A program made the position numbers and the translations under genes. Source: Mobula birostris (taxonomy: Eukaryota). From it: a stretch of DNA of 64,000 nucleotides. Under the pieces are notes generated by a model. That model saw nothing but the letters and a program-made list of their open reading frames with translations. It searched no databases and was not told the origin of the DNA. Where the stretch lies: positions 34,263,248 through 34,327,247 of the forward strand of contig NC_092393.1 in the NCBI RefSeq assembly GCF_030028105.1, in the 5' to 3' direction. Shown here piece by piece: positions 63,305-64,000 of the stretch (the stretch's first letter is position 1; each line of letters begins with the position of its first letter).

Positions 63305-64000
63305 TATTATCCTCATTTGCAGAACTAAAGGACAAGGACAACTTTGCTCTCTATAGCTGACACACCACCACCTTAGTGCAAGATTCTCATGGTATTCTAG
63401 CTGTTCAGCTCTTCATGTGAATGTCATTTCACTACTTCAAGTTAGGAACTAAGAATTTGAAGATATTTATTGGCAATCATCTTGAATTACAATGAAAATG
63501 AAGCTTTGGAGGATTCAATTGTTGATACTTTTGTATGAAAGCAGTCTGTTATCTATACTGGGTGTCTGCACTGATTTTGTTCATTGCATACACCAGATGA
63601 ATGCCTTTACTAACTACCATGAATTAACACACAGATTTATAGTACTGTTGTGCTCTTGGTAGTATTTTAATTTGCTCTGTTTCATTTAAATACATAATTT
63701 GTTACTTAGTTTGTCTTTTTTATACCTTTATAACAATTTCCATGAAACTGGCTATTTGGCCATCTGCTTAACTGAGCCAAATTATACTGGTCCTGATGTG
63801 TCCTAGTTAACTGGAATCAACTATTTCAAGAGCTGAAACTCTTCTGTTTCAACTAAGAGTGCTGAAGTCAGGTTGGAGTTAAAAATTAGCGTCTTTAGTG
63901 TAAAATGGCACAAAAATATAAATAGACTTGTAATTACAAATTAGTTGTGGCATACAACTTATAGAAAATTAATTAGTTTAAGTATTGGTCTAAGTGTAAG

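Overview
Eukaryotic (vertebrate) genomic DNA with spliceosomal introns; the repeat families point to a cartilaginous fish, probably a ray (inference). It holds the conserved four-gene block MFSD11(-)/SRSF2(+)/METTL23(-)/JMJD6(+) as two head-to-head pairs. SRSF2 (211 aa, 2 coding exons) and METTL23 (232 aa, 5 exons, missed by the ORF track) are complete; only exon 1 of MFSD11 and exons 1-4 of JMJD6 are in the window. The SRSF2 3' UTR keeps the conserved AS-NMD autoregulatory region. Introns and the SRSF2-METTL23 gap are filled with nested CR1, Rex1/Babar, RTE, L1/Tx1, Penelope-like, Gypsy, Tc1, hAT and SINE elements. Most notable: Penelope-derived minimal type I hammerhead ribozyme motifs in METTL23 intron 1 (two with intact cores on the pre-mRNA strand, and one on the opposite strand closing a 60-bp inverted repeat). 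Also notable: a 206-bp tandem duplication of the MFSD11 promoter, an upstream METTL23 coding exon with a uORF overlapping its start, and a hairpin-forming candidate SRSF2 poison exon. All calls are from manual reading; comparisons to human are from memory, and repeat boundaries are approximate.
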